DNA of 64,000 bases from Narcine bancroftii (GCF_036971445.1 NC_091472.1:126108001-126172000); one strand, 5' to 3'. Numbered from the stretch's first letter, positions 13,880-28,562 are shown. The notes: generated by a model not told the origin, from the sequence alone. A program made the numbers and translations.

Positions 13880-15840
13880 TTGAATATTTTATTTATTTTA
13901 AGAAAATAAAGTATGTCGGACTCAATTAATGTACCAATAATATATTGAATATAAAATCAAAGAAAAACTTTTTATGAAGTCAGAAAAAAAAGGAGAGTCC
14001 CTCTTCTCCCAACGTCCCCTCCCCAGATTTGAAAGAAATGGGGACAGACAGCAGGGAATGGAGGGAGATTTTTAAAAAAAAGAAAGAAAATAGAAAAGAA
14101 AAAGCAACAGGAGCAAGGTTTGACATCTCCGAGTCACATCATTTTAAAAGTATTAAATTTCTAATAGGTTGGCAAATTTTGACAAACATACTATATGTAT
14201 TCCTAAGACTAATAAGTAAACTTCTCAAGGGGATACAACATTGCACTTCGATGTTCCAACATGTGAAGTAGGAATTTCTACATTACCGCAATACATTTCC
14301 TGGCTATTAACAACACAATTTTATTAAATTTAAATTTACTTTCGGAAAAGTTGACAACAATTCCGAGTCTAGAGGGAAGTTCACACCCTCAATTTTTATC
14401 CACACTTCTCCCACTTCTATCCAAAAGGGTCTTAATTTCGTGCATAACCAGCTGGAATGTAAAAAATCTTTTCCACACCTAAAACATCTGTTAGAAAATT
14501 CTGGTTTATTTTTGTATTTCATTTGAGATGTGTGATATAATTTAATAAAGCTGGCTTTATCTACATGAATCAAATCTGGTAAATATTTTGCTAGTCTATT
14601 AGCTAGAACTTTGGCAACAATTTTATAATTCACATTTAATAAAATAGATCAATAAGATCACACTTTTAATAGGTCCCTATCCTTCTTAGGAATAACTGTA
14701 ATAAGTGCTCTTGAAAAGGAATCCGAAAAAGAACCAGTCTCCATCACCTGCTTCAAAACATCCATCAATATAGGAATTAATAAATCCTGAAATTCTGTAT
14801 AAAATTCTGAAGTAAAACCATCCTCTCCTGGAGATTTTCCACCAGCCATTGACCATAATGCTTCCTTCACCTCCATAACAATAAAAAAAAGCATCTAAGT
14901 CTTTAATCTCTGCGACCCTTAAAGACGGTAAAGCCAATTAAGACAAAAAGGTATCGATTTTAGTATTCCAATGCTTCAGAAGTATACAATATATCATAAA
15001 ATCAATGAAATTCATCATTAATTTCCTGAGGTTTATGTAATCAAGTCACATCTAATAGCATTTATTGTCCCAGAAGCCATAAAACTAATACTTCATGGGT
15101 TCTTTCACCCAACTCATAATAACATTGTTTAGTCCTTTGCAATAACTTTTCAAATTTATATGTTTGTAATGAATTATACCGCAATTTCAAGTTAAACAAA
15201 CTTTTTTGTTTTCTGTAGCCTCCCTCTGTAATTCTTTTTCCAAAATCTCTATCTCTTTCACTAATTTATTAGTCTCAGCCAAATGTTTTTTTTAATTTTA
15301 GCTGTAAAACTAATAATCTGTCCCCTCAAATAAGCTTTCAAGACATCCCTCAAAACAAATTTACTATCAACCGAATCTACATTTATTTTTAAAAAGAACT
15401 GTATATAATCCATCATAATAAAGTCAGAATTTTTCAACAACATATTTAAATCTCCATCTATACAGATTCTCCATTATCTCAGAATTAGTACAAGTAATTA
15501 ACAACAAAGAATGATCAGACAAAATCCTACTCTTGTATTCAGCTTTAAAAATTCTTCCTTGTAATTGTGTTGATGCTAAAAAAACAAATCTATTCTCGAG
15601 TAAGAATCATGCTGAGATGAGTAAAAAGAAAAGTCTTTCTCAGTTGCATTTAATTTCCTCCAAATCTCTACCAAATTCATTTCTTTCATTACTGTCATTA
15701 ACTGTTTAGCCATTTTTGTTCTAACTACTGTTTTTGGGGATTTATCTAACAACAAAATCAGATGACAATAAAAATCACCTCCAACCAGTATTTTATCATA
15801 TGCCTGGTTTAAATTAAAAAAGGAATCCACCATGAATTGC
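13880..15840 (-). mobile_element. Fish-type L1 ORF2, internally deleted and decayed
   Basis: APE (GGDF, FSFYS..HDSYSRID, SDH), KSPGEDGF, NYKIVAKVLANRL joined directly to the C-terminal CFRC...H...C region. Confidence 0.85.
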
Positions 15841-16448
15841 AGTCTTTATCAACTCCACAATAATCTTAATTCGGGTGAAGCATTTTAAATCAACTTGTTA
15901 GTGTTTAGATGCGCATAAATTTGGTACAGGAAATTTTGTTGAGATTTCACCAAAATTGCTTCTCCATGAAATGGAATCTGATTGTGATTTAGAGGACTAC
16001 ATTCTTTTGAGAGAATATGCTGAATGTTTATCTTTTCCAGTAACAAACTCAAAAAGTGTCATTAGGAATTTGAATGCTACATTAAATGGAAGAGATTTAA
16101 TCAATACCTACATATTATTTTAATTCTTTGTGTACTTAAAAGTTATAAATTCGCTATAAATTTTTTTTCCTGGAGAAAACATGAAGCTGAGCAATTTTCT
16201 TTGTGTTTTCCAATGTGCTGTAGGTTGCAACATTATAGAACAAATGTAAAGGCCTTTAGAAAAGTAAGAAAGATTTCTAAACACAGTCTCAAAAATACAA
16301 AGTTATGCAAGAACTTGTGGCACAAATCAGTACAAAGGGGTATGATTTTGTGGCCATTTCAGAAATATGGGCACAGGGTGGAGAGGACTAGGAATTAAAT
16401 ATCTAAGGATATCAGGTAATGAGAAAGGACAGGCAGGAAGGTAAGGGT

Positions 16449-16565
16449 TGGAAGTAAATCACGAAATGAAGGACTCTAGCCCAAAATGTCAGCTATGTAT
16501 TTTCACTTTTGCTACATCAAAGACACTTTGACCTGCAGAGCTTCTCCAGCATTTTGTTTTTATCT
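16449..16565 (+). mobile_element. Short Penelope-terminus-like insertion in CR1, ~14-bp TSD
   Basis: aggaaggtaagggt (16435-16448) and aggaaggcaagggt (16566-16579) flank a copy of the acctgc.gag.ttctccagca family. Confidence 0.65.
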
Positions 16566-18070
16566 AGGAAGGCAAGGGTGGTGGATAGCACTCTTGTATA
16601 AGGATGATATCAGGGCAATAGTGAGAGATGATGTTAGATGGAAGGAGCAAAATGTTGAATCCATTTGGGCAGAGAATAGGAATAGTAAAGTTTAAAAAAA
16701 AAAATCACTGGTGCGAGTTGCCTATAGGCCACCAATAATTACATTATGGTGGCACAGGCAATAAACCAAAAAATATCAGACATGCAAGGATGGAACAGCA
16801 GTTATTGTTGGGGACTTTAACATGCACGTAGACTGGCTGAATCAGGCTGGTTGAGGCAACCTTGAGGAGAACTTCATACAGTGTATGCATGATGGCTTTC
16901 ATGAACAGAATGTTACTAAACCTACAAGGGAAAATGCTATCTTCGATCTGGCCCTGTGCAAATCGATGGGTAAAATTAACAATCTTGTAGTTCATGTGAT
17001 GAGTCATTCCAAGAGGATTCCTATGATTAACTTTCGCATAAAAGGGAGGATAGAATAGTTTCATCTAAAACCAGTGGGATGGCTGTGGAACAGTGGAAGA
17101 CTTTCAAAGAGATTTTTCACTCTGCTCAACAGAAGGATATTCCAGTTAAAAGCAAGGGCAGGGATAACCAGTCCTGGATAAGTAAGGAAATAAAGGAAGG
17201 CATTAAACTAAAATCTCGTGCTTACAAAACCATTAGGAGCAGTGGGAAATAAGAAGTTTGGAAAAACTTTATTGCTCACTTCATGATTCTTTGTTGCTTT
17301 TTAAAGTGAGGGAAGGTAGATGATGAGAATGGGTTAACACAAAATATAAAAATAGGCAAGAAAAGATTTTATAATATAAAGTGCAAATGAGTGGCTAAAA
17401 TGAAGGTTGAACCCTTGGAAGATGAGAAGGGGGAATTGATATTGGGTAATGAGGAAATAGCTGAGGGTTTCGATGACTATTTTATGTCAGCCTTCACAAT
17501 GGAGGACATGTCGAACATGCCAAAGACAGATGTTATGGATGTGATGGGAAGTGAGTACCTTGATATAATAGTTATCACTGAAGAGCTGGTGCTCTGAAAA
17601 CTTGAGGATCTGAAGATAGATAAATCTCCTGATCCTGATGGAATGCATCCAGGATACTGAAAGAAATGGTGGAAGTTTATAATAATTTACCAAAATTCTC
17701 TGGACTCTAGGCAGGTTGCAGTGGATTGGAAGATGGTGAATGTCACGCTTCAATTCACAGGATATAGGTCAATGGCAGGGAGCTATAGGCCAGTTAATTT
17801 AACAATGGTAGTTGAGAAAATGTTTGACGCTTTCATAAAAGATGAAATAACAAGGCATTTAGAGCAAAATGGATGCATCAAGCAGATACAGCGTGGATTT
17901 AGCAAAAACAAGTCCTGTTTGACAAATTTACAAGGGTTTATAATGAGTGTGGTAGATAGAGGGGAGTAGATAGACGTTGTATACCTGAATTTCCAAAAGG
18001 TATTCGATAAGGTGTCCCATAAAAGAATTGCAGAGAAGATATGGATGCTTGGAGCTTTGGGGGTGATGTA

Positions 18071-18391
18071 CAGATACACAATCCTTTATCCAGACCCTTG
18101 GGGGACAGTGTGTTCCAAATTTCGGATTTTTCTGGATTTCAGAACAAAAGCCAGCTGCTGCAGATTTAAGCCCACCCAAATTGTGGTGCCATATCCACCT
18201 CCTTCCAGTTGCACTGGCGTCTCTCTCTCTCTCTCCCTCCCCACCTGCCCGAGTCGCGCTGCCGTCTCTCTTCTTCCCCCCCCTGCATAAACCTAGTTGC
18301 ACTTCTCTCTCTATCTCTCCCCCCCCAACCCCCCACCCTCCACTGAAACAGGCAGATTTTGGAATTTTCCGAATAAAGGATTGTGTACTTG
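18071..18391 (+). mobile_element. Tc1/mariner (pogo/Tigger-like) MITE, copy 1
   Basis: TIRs cagatacacaatcctttatcc / gaataaaggattgtgtacttg with TA duplication. It interrupts CR1 sequence gatgta|ttagca, which is uninterrupted at ~27295. Confidence 0.9.
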
Positions 18392-19409
18392 TATTAGCAT
18401 GGATAGAAGACTGGTTAACCAATAGAGACCAGAGAGTTGGAGCACGTGCTTTTCTGGTTGGCAATCAGTGCTGAGCGGAGTGCCACAGGGGCCGGTGCAG
18501 GGCCCACAATATACATTAATGATCTAGGAGAGGGGGTGGAATGTGGTATATCTAAATTTGCTGATAAACACTAAATTGAGTGGAAAACCAAATTGTGCAG
18601 AGGATATGGGGAGTTGGCAGATGGAGTTCAATGTTGGCAAATGTGAAGTTATCCACTTTTGAAGGAAAAATGGAATATCAGAATATTATTTAAATGGCAA
18701 GCGAATGCAGCATGCTGGTGTGCAGAAGGACTTGGGAGTGTGTGTGCACGAATCACAAAAGGTTGGTTTGCTGATGAAGCAGGCTATAAAGAAGGCAAAT
18801 GGAATATTGGCCTTCATTGCTAGAGGGATGGAATTTAAGAGCAGGAAGGTTATGCTGCAACTGTGCAAGGTCCTGGTGAGACCGCACCTGGAGTACTGCA
18901 TGCAGTTCTGGTCTCCTTATTTGAGGAAGGATGTACTTGCTTTGGAGACGGTGCTGAGGAGATGAATGGGTAAGCCTTTGAGGAGAGATTGAGCCTTCTT
19001 GCTAGAATTTTAGAACAAGAGGGCATCTTATGGAAATGTATGAAATTATGAAAGGCATAGATAAGATGGAGGTAGGTAAGTTGTCTCCATTGGTTGGGGA
19101 GACCAGAACTAGGGGACATAGCTTCAAGATAGTAGATTTAGGATGGAGATGAGGAGGAACTAGTTTTCCCAAAGGATGGAGAATCTGTGAAATTCGCTGC
19201 TCATTGAAGCAGTAGAGGCTACTTCAGTAAATATATTTAAGACAAAGTTGGATTGATTTTTTACATAGGAAGGGAATTAGGAATATGGGGGGGGGAGGCA
19301 GTTAGGTGGAGGTGAGCCTATCATCAGATCAGCCATGATCTCATTGAATGTCGGAGCAGCTTTGATGGGCCGGATGGCCTATTCCTACTCTTTGATGTGT
19401 CCATCAAAA

Positions 19410-21070
19410 ATCCAGCAGCATATCAACTTCACTATCAGAGGAGAGAACACCCTGGATCTGTTGTACATCAGTATCCCTGGTGCATACAAGGCTGCTCCTC
19501 ACCTCCACATTGGTTGCTTGGATCACGTCTGTCCTGCTAACCCTGCTGTACAGACTGTTGGCAAAACAAACTAGGCCAGTTTGCAGGGAGAACAGGACAT
19601 GGGTGGGGTGGTGGAGAGGTCACAACAATGCTTGGAGACCACAGACTGGAGCTATTTTCAGGGAGGTGGCCATCTACAATGGCCATGTAAACATCGATAA
19701 GTACATGAGTTCAGAGATTGGTTACCTCAACAAATGTGTTGAGGTGTCTCTGAGATCAAATGCTGCGCAAACAGGGCTAACCAGAAACCATGGTTGAATG
19801 CAGACGTCCATCCCTTCTCAAAGCTTGTGAAGCTGCCTTCAGGCAGGGACAAGATGGCACTAAGGTCAACCAGGGCAGAACTCTTCTGTGCAAACCGGAA
19901 GGCAAAGTGTAGGTATGCAGAGGATCCACAGACAGTTGTGTGACATGGGTAACACAAGGCTCATGTGGCAAGGGATCAACACTATAACAGATCATAGTCA
20001 ACCTTGTGAGCTAAAGATAATGATACATTCCTTTAAAAGATAGACTGAACATCTATGCACAGTTTGATGAGCGGAACAGGGTGACGCTGAAGAAAGCTTT
20101 GCATCTCCCTGGTGAATGAGCTCCCTATATAGCCGTGACGGAGATGAAATCACACAAGACAGCGGAACCAGACAACATAGCAGGTTGGGTTCTGAAGGAC
20201 TGTGCAGACCAATTGACAGAAGTCTTCAGACATCAACACCCCCCCCCCCTGCCGTTTTCATGACAGCAACCTTCATTCCGATATCCAAGAGGGTGACAGT
20301 AACAGGCCTCAATGACTTCTACCCTGTGGCACTGACTATGATTAAGCAATGATGAGTCACACTCCAGAGAAGAGGTAAAAAATCTTGTGATATGGTGTGA
20401 GAGTAACACCTGAGTTTCACCAGATGAAAGAGATGAGTGTGGACTTCAGGAGGACCAGCAATAACCACTGTCACTTATCTAGTGATGTACTCGTGTATAC
20501 ACGTCTCCTCACTTTTCAGGAAGGTGCAACAGTGACTACACTTCATGAGAAAACAAGCTGGCACAGTTACCAAGCCACCATCCTGTCAACCTTCTACAAG
20601 AGCTCTATCGAGAGGTCAGTCCATAGACCAGAAGTGTGGCAGAGAGTATCCCTGGGGTCTCTCTCCCTCCCCCCCCCCCCCCACCCCATCATCAATATGA
20701 TTTACCAGGATCGTTGTCTGAAGAGAGATTGCAAAATTGTTGAGGACCCCTTCCACCCTGCACACAGCGTCTTTCAGCTCTTGATATTGGGAAAGAGACA
20801 CAGGAGTATTAGAGACAGCACCAGTAGGCTGAGAAACCGTTTCTTCCAATGGGCAGTGAGAATGCTGAATGGCCAAAAACTGCTCACATTGACCAACCAC
20901 GGCACTCAGTTGAACAAAACAATATTTATCTATTTATGTGAATATATGTCCTGCATATATATTGTTTATCTATATGCATGTTGTGACTGGTTGTGTGTCG
21001 GCATGTTTTGCATCAAGTACTGGAGAAGGCTGCAGCATCGGATGTACTTGTGCAATCATTGAATCATGAA
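19410..21070 (+). mobile_element. Rex1/Babar-like LINE with RT core deleted
   Basis: RGENTLDLLY..IPGAYKAAP.LH.G.LDH (APE end); LNDFYPVALT then jumps at ~20345 to post-RT sequence; DPFHPAHSVFQLL..GKR.RSI...TSRLRNRFF C-terminus. Confidence 0.75.
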
Positions 21071-21249
21071 CGAAAAGTACATTCATTTCTGAGCAAATGT
21101 AGATTGGGTATCAGGAAATTAAATAGGGAAGTCTGAACTGTTTGAGAATGTGGAATTTCATCTCCCAAAAGATGGATGAGTAGAATATGTACATTTAGGG
21201 AGAGACTGGATAACAATTTGAGTAAAAAGGAAATAAATGTTCATAGGCC

Positions 21250-22160
21250 ATTAACTCAGCTGCATATCCTGCACATCTGCCTTTACGCCTTCCACCCAAG
21301 ACGCAAGAAGGACAATATTGCCCTTTGTACTTATCTATCACCCCCATCACCCTCTGCATCCGACATATTACCCTTTGCAATTTCTGCCACCTACAATTGG
21401 AGCCCTCCAGCAGACACACCTTCTCCTCTTCAATTTCTGTAGAGACTGCTCCAACCACAACTCACTCATCCTGTCCCAGGAATTGCCCTCTCAGACCTAC
21501 CCTGTGATTGCAAGAAATGCCCTACTTGCGCCCACACCTCTTCCCTCACTACCATTTGCGCCCCAAAAAGGTCTTCCAAAGGAAGCAACCCGTGTATTTG
21601 CAGGAGTCGTCTACTGATTCCGGTGCCCCCGCTGTGCCTTCTCTACATCAACCAAACTGGATGCAAACTGGGAAATAATTTCATTGAGCACTTTTGATTT
21701 GTTGCTCCAACAACGAAGTCCTCCCAGTGGCAAACCATTTTGATTCCCACGCTAAGTGTCTATCCACAGCCACATGCACTGGCAAACTGAGGAGGAGCAA
21801 CACCTTGTATTCTGTCCTGGCTATCTCCAACCAAACAGCATTAACATCGCCTCCAATTCAGTTAACCCCCTCCCCTGGTTTCTCTCTTTTTCTTTCCCTC
21901 CTTTTTCTTTCCCTCAGTCTTGTTTCTTACTCACCTCTTCCTTTTATCTACAGTCACCCCTCTCACGTCTTACTTTTTTAGCCTGTGCTCCTATCCCTTC
22001 CCCTTCCTACTTACCCGATTGATTTTTTTTACCCCCCCCCCCCCTTTTAAATTCAGGCACCTGCCTGCTTCTGCTTCAGAGCCCTGGCCTGAAATGTTGG
22101 TTTCTCATATGGATGCTGTGTGACTTGCTGAGTTTCTCCACCATGTTTGTGTTTTGTATT
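21250..22160 (+). mobile_element. Penelope-like element 3' fragment (GIY-YIG remnant and terminus)
   Basis: RRKKDNI.(L)VLTYH, GVVY.F.CPRCA.LYI.QTG..LG..F.EH and PVANHF motifs across frameshifts, then a pyrimidine tract and the terminal motif. Confidence 0.75.
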
Positions 22161-23914
22161 TGGGTAGCACGGGCTGGAAGAGCCTTTTACCATCTCTTCT
22201 CCAAGTTAAATTTCCTTTATACTCTGCTGTCACTTCAATTAATTTTTATTGTCTGGTTTTGCTGTCATTTGTCGAGCCTTGCAAAATTTGCTGTTATATT
22301 TCTGGACCTTCCATTAAGTGGTTTGTGAAAGATGAATTTAGTATCTCTGATTTTTGTTAATGTTTTTCCCCAAAAGAATGTTTTACAGTCATGGCCTGCC
22401 ATTGCATGTTTTTTGAAAATTCATTTTCCTCAAAGTAAATTTTTGATGATTTGGGGGTTAATCATGACCAAAACTTCACATACAGTTACTTGAGCTATCT
22501 TCTCACATGGTTATAGTCTCCTAAATCTGATTCGCTAACTCTCTCAGGCTAGTTACAGCTTTAACTTCTGACTTGCACAAGCTTTTTTTTCTGTGTCTAG
22601 ACACTGAACAGACTTTCCTTGTCGAAACCCCAGATTATGATGATCCGGAATCTGTTTCCTATTGTATTAGCAGCTGGTTTCATCACTGTTCAAGAATTTC
22701 AGTTTTTTAAATGGTAACATATGTTTGTAGTTTGTGTTCATTACATAACCGTTACAATTTAGATTTGCAACCCCTTAATTTCAATTCTAAAATTTTGATG
22801 GTTCTTGGCCTAAAATCCTTTTGAAAATTCAAAAGCAAGGATTGACTGAAATGTTTTTTTGTTTAGGTGTTTGCCTTTTAAAATAATAATTTGTGTATTT
22901 TTTAAATGGTGATTTGAACACTTTGAATTTTTAAACCCCCCACCCTGCTGTGAGTAGATTGAACTACTAATGTGTGCCATTTAGTGAGTTGACTGTGAAA
23001 TTATTTTAAACCTGAAGACCATCAGGATGCTTGGACAACCTTTTGGGCAGGGAATGGTTCATTCTGGCTTTGTGAGGCATCCTGCAGAAACTTCTGTGAT
23101 TAGTTTTGGACAATCATTGAAAACTCTGACAGAAAAAGAGTAATCTGTTTGCAACGGCTTGCTTTTACCGGAGGATTCAATGCAGGGGTGATTAAAAACA
23201 GGAGTGTCATTCACTCCTGATCCTGTGAGTCCTTTGTGTGGTATCGAGTAAGCAGTTTCACATACTCACTTGGTTCCTTGGCATATTTGTTGGGATACAA
23301 AGCCCAGCATTATTCTTTGTGAATCTATTGTTTTCAGCTCTCTTCACCCACCCATTCATTTTTTGACTCTGGTGCCCTTCGGTCCTTTTGTACAAATGTT
23401 TATGCAGATTTGAGTAAGAGATCACATTGAGCACCTGGAGCAATGTAGGGAACTAATTTGGTGCTTATCAACAGAAACAATCGCTTTTGAGCTGATGGTA
23501 TATTCATCGCATGAGGCCAAGGTGATTTTTGCTTGGACTGGTTTGGAACATCAAGATCTCTTGCATCTGCACTTCATGGTGTTTGTAAATTAGTAAGAAT
23601 GTTGAACTTTCATGGCTCTGAAATTCATCTCCCATGTACAGTGTGTAACTGATGGTTTTGCTGGACTACCCTCTGCTGTTGGAAGCCATTATTGCAAGTT
23701 GCAACACTTGAAATGTTTGTTACATTCAGATTTATTGTAAGAGTACATGTATGAGATCACGTACAACTCTTCAGATTTTTTTTCTGTGGGTGAAGCAGAA
23801 TCACCACTTTTGGGTAGTGCACAAAAAAAACTGCACAACATGCACATGTAGGCAAATAACTGTAAACAAATAACAAATGTAAACAAACTAATACAAGGAG
23901 AATAAAAAATGTAT

Positions 23915-24150
23915 TTAATTTTGGAGGTAACAGGCCCTTCCAGACCACAAGCTTGTGCCACCCAAATACACTCATGTGACCAATTATCCTACTAATTCCA
24001 TACGTCTTTGGAATGTAGAGGCAACAGGGGCACCCAAAGGAAACTCGTGCAGACACTGGGAGAACATACAAACTCTTTGTGGACAACACTAAATTCGAAC
24101 CTGGTTTGCTGATGCTATAATAACGTCGGGCTAATCAGTTCACTAACTGT
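23915..24150 (-). mobile_element. V-SINE
   Basis: Reverse complement has ggttcgaatt...agagtttgtatgttctcccagtgtctgcacgagtttcc. Confidence 0.7.
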
Positions 24151-25299
24151 TACATATTCCAGTATATCTGTTTATCTAATTATTTTCATCAGTTGGCCCA
24201 CTCTATCTGACCCCTTTGGTTTTCCTTGCTTCTCTCTTCCATCTGCCATCTACTGCTCCATCCATCAGGTTTCACCTCTACCTGGTTAACCTATCCCACC
24301 CACCCTGTCCTCTTCTACATGTAACCACTCAACAAAGGGTTTCAGTTCATGACATCAACCATTATTTCTCCTCCAGTCCTGCTTGACCCTCTTGAGTTCC
24401 TCCAGCAGATTGTGCTTAGCTTCCCACATCTAGCAGTGTTCTCGACCAGAATCTGTTAATGAGGCATACTAAGGAAGAAGTGCTACATTTTAGATAAGAT
24501 ATTTGTGAAGTCTTCAATTTTTCCCTTATACCATTATCCTTGACTGCTGTGTCCTTCTCTTAAGATTGGATGTTCTTAATGGTGTTCTCATCCATTAACA
24601 ATTGCAGAATTACAAAAGAGTATCATCGTGGAAGGTACCCATCTGGCCCATTGTGTTTTGCCTTCCTCTTCAAGAGTGAACCACCTAGTCTGATTCCCTT
24701 GCATCCTACCCACTCCCCTTGCAAATTCTTTCCTTTCACGTCCTCATCCATATTTTGAAATGATGGAAATTATTCTTTTATACGAGTTCCTGGAATAATT
24801 CCTTGAATCCCATTCCCAACTCATTTCACTGCTGTATTATTCTTTTGTGTCCATCAAGTCTACCTTCAATCTTCCACTCTTTACCTTCAGTTAGAAATTT
24901 ACAGTAACCAATTAAACCTATCCATTTGGCATGTGGTTGAAATGCAAGGAAACTGGAGAACCTGGGGAAGGAGTGGGAGAAATCCATTTAGTTACAGGGA
25001 GAAGATGCCCACTCCACTGAGAGCACAGCACGCAAGGTCACGATTTAAGTCTTACCACTGGTGCTGTGAAATTGCACCGTTGTGATGTATTTTCCATTTC
25101 AATCAGTCTGTTTATATCTTCTTAAAGGCTACAATTGAATTAGTTTCCTTGGCTGTTAACCCTGTCAATGCATTCCGGATTCTATCCATTAACAAAGAAA
25201 AAATAATAATTTTTTTTCTAATCCCTTGTTTATTTCATGCTTTCCTGTCAATGCATACAATTTTCAACATTTTGTTCCTCGGAGAACAATCCTGGTTTC

Positions 25300-25800
25300 T
25301 CCAGTCCATTGACAAGTCCTTCTTCCCTGAAACTATTTAAGTAATTCTCTGCAAAATTCTCTCTCAAGCCTTAGCATCTTTCCTCAGTTTGGACAGCTGT
25401 TGCCCAATCATGTTTTCTGGAAGTTCCCAACTTCTTTGCTCTTGTACGGTCTATCTCTCTATTGATAAAGCATTTAATGCTGTATTCTCTTTTTAACTTT
25501 CTCAACCTGCCATGCCATCTCCAATCAATGTGCACAACTATCCCAGATTTGTGTACTGTACCCCCAATTATATTGCCATCTCCTTATTCCGATTAAAATT
25601 TAACACTTTTCAGCATTAAATTTCATTTGCTGTCTGCTCATTCCATCTGGTCCACATGTCATTAAAGTCTATTGCTGACGATCCTCACAGTTCATTCTGG
25701 CTCCTAATTTTGCACCATCTACAAATTTGGAATTTATCCAGTGCACCCCAGTCAAGTCAAAGCCATGGTCCAAGTACTGACTCCTTGGGCTCTTCACATG
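25300..25800 (-). mobile_element. Highly decayed CR1-like RT fragment
   Basis: Weak reverse-strand similarity to CR1 RT 3' region (aaatttgtagatggtgcaaaatta, aatgaaatttaatgctgaaaagtg). Confidence 0.4.
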
Positions 25801-26029
25801 CCCTGCACCCTTTCTTGCACAACACAAAAATGGGTGTGAAGTTGAGGGTGGACTGGATAAAGATCAAAAGATAAATAAGGAAGAACAAATTGGAGTACTG
25901 GGAAGTTGGCCATAAATATGAAACTGGTGATTAAGAGTGAAGAACAAGTACCACTTCCCTTATTCAAACTGGGAGAGAGACAGAAATCCAGATATGACAG
26001 ACCTGTAAGCTATATAGGAAATGTTAAAA

Positions 26030-28560
26030 GCTAATCTCCATGATGTTATTGCAAGGCTATGTTGATGGACAGGGTAATCAAGCAAACTTGATCATGTTTG
26101 AGCAATTTTTTGAAGGTTTTTGTAAGAAGTATGTGACAATAAATTTTGTGAATAAAGAGGAACCTATTAAACTATTTTTCCAATAAGATGGTGGTGTTAA
26201 AAGTTATTGCACAAAGTAAAGCCTGAGGTTGGAAATAATATAGGTGTGGAGTGAAGACTGGTTGGCTGACAAGAAATGGTAAGCATAAATGGGCCACAGA
26301 TATCAGCACAAGGCCCTTGTTTTTTTTAAAAGTTTGTGATTAACTTGGATTAAAGCCACTTAAGGTTGCTGAATTTGCAAATGACAGAAAAAGGCTGATG
26401 GGAAAGTAAACTTTGAAGAAGTGCTCCAAGGAAACTGCTAAGGCAGACAGATGGTTCAAATGAGAGGACAAAGGAAAAATAAGTATTATGTAAACAGGGA
26501 GCTCAGAGCTGCAGGAAGATCTTTGTGTCATGGTCCAGGATTTGCTAAACGATGTAGTAGTGAAGAACCATGAAGTGGAGTAAAGAGGACAGTAAAGGGC
26601 TACCAAAAAAATCAGCACAGAATTTTTAAAAACACTGTCAAAGTTTTTAGAATTGTATAAAGCACAAAAGGGTGGTGAAAGTGAGGGTTGGTCCCTTGGA
26701 AGATGAGAAGGGGAATTGATACTGGATGGTGAGAAGGCTGAGGGTTTCAATAACTATTTTGTGTCGGTCTTCATGGTTGAGGGCTTGTTGAACAAGCCAA
26801 AGGCAGATGTTATGGGAGATGAGGACTTGGATGTAATAGCTATCACGAAAGAGGTAACATTAAAAAAAAATCGAGGGTCTAAAGTTCTGTCCCCTGATCC
26901 TGCTGGAATGCACCCCAGGAGACTGAAAGAAACAGCACAAGTCGAGGATTTGGTGATAATTTATCAAAATTCTCTTGGACTTTGGACAGGTCCCGATGGA
27001 TTGGAAGGGCATCCTTTTGCGATTCAAAAAAGGATATAAACCAGTTAGTTTAACATCTGTAGTTTGGAAAATGCTTAAAGTTACCATTAAAGAAGAAATA
27101 GTGAGGAATCTGGATTGAAATGGATTCAGCAAAGGGAGATCCTGTTTGACAAACTTACTGGAAGTCTTTGAGGATATAATGAGCATAGAAGGTTGAGAGG
27201 AGCATATGCTGATTATCTGGATTTCCAGATGACATTTGATAAGGTGCTGCAATCAGACGTGTACAGAGGCTAAGGATGCATAAAGTTGAGAGTGATGTAT
27301 TAGCATTAGTATTAGCGAGTTGGGCTACATGGGAGTATTTCTCAATGGTGTTCTGCAGAAGTTGGTACTGGGCCTGCAACTGTTCACGATGCACATTAAC
27401 AATCTGGAAGAGGGGACAGAGCGTTGTGTATTTAAGTTTGCTGATGCCACTAAATTGGGTGGAAAAGCAAATTATGCAGAGGATACGGAGAGTCTGCAGA
27501 GAGCTAGATAGGTTAAGAGAGTGGGCAAGGGTCTAGCAGATGGCTAACCTCATATTTGCCAACATTATATTCCACTGTGGAAGGAAAAATGGAAGATCAG
27601 TGTATTATTTAAATGCCAAGTGATTGCAGCATGCTGCCATGCAGAAGAACTTGGGACTGTATGTGCCCGGCTATCAAGAAGGCAAATGGAATTTGGCCTC
27701 CATTGCTAGAGGGATGCAATTTAGGAGCAGGAAGGTTATTGCTGCAAGGTACTGGTGAGGCTGTATCTGGAGTACTGCGGGCTGCTGTCTCCTTACTTGA
27801 GGAAAGATGTAATGGTTGTGGAGATGGTGCAGTGGAGGTTTATCAGGTTGATTGCAGAGATGGGGGGGTGGAATTAAATTATGAGGAGAAATTGAGTCTT
27901 CTGGGACTGTACTCACTAGAATATAGAAGAATGAGAGATGTTTTAGAAACATACAAAATTTTTGAAGACATAGTTAAGATAGAGGTAGGTAGGTTTCCAT
28001 TGGTGTGGAGACCACAACTGGGGGGACATTTGGGGTGGGGGGGTGGAGAAGCAGGTAGGGGGAGATGAGCCTTGATCTTATTGAATGGCGGAATAGGCTT
28101 TAAGGCTGAACACCTGCTCTTATTTCATATGTTCTTGTGATGTCAATATGTTGATATTACAAGTGGGAAAGCTAACAGAGCTGCTGCTGTTTGTTGCAAA
28201 GGAGCTGATTGCAGAAGTAGAGGTTATGTTTCAGTTATATAGGGCATTTGTGACATCACATCTTGAATTGAGCATGCAGAAGTGTTCTTACGATTTTAAT
28301 GGATTGGAAACCATCCAAATTTGCTTGGCTGGTATCTGGAACATATGACTTCTTTGAAGGAACAGTTAGGTTGAGCTTGCATCAGTGAAAAGGGATTTGA
28401 TTGAAATGTACATTGTGTGGATTTACAGGGAATGTTTCTTCGTGTAGAAGCATCAAGAAGGAGACATGGCTTTTTATTTTTAAAAAACATTGATTTAAAA
28501 CTTTTTGAGTGTTGAGTCTTTGGAATCTCTTCAAAGGATGATGGAAACAGAATTTTTGAA
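26030..28560 (+). mobile_element. Cluster of CR1 ORF2 fragments (main copy ~26680-28135)
   Basis: SPDPAGMHP, SCLTNLLE, FKFADATKLGG and AIKKANG motifs; homologous to 17400-19390. Confidence 0.8.
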
Positions 28561-28562
28561 TA

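Larger units (their letters stand above)
16330..19395 (+). mobile_element. CR1 LINE ORF2 and 3' UTR, decayed, with two nested insertions
   Basis: GDFN, SPDPDGMHP, YRPVNLT, SCLTNL, NFQKVFDKV and VRPHLEYCMQFWSPYL motifs. Confidence 0.9.

Noticed and set aside
16449-16565. Hammerhead ribozyme in Penelope-terminus copies (also ~1675, ~22080, ~24330)
   Set aside because: Penelope termini often carry hammerheads, but no copy here keeps an intact CTGANGA...GAAA core.
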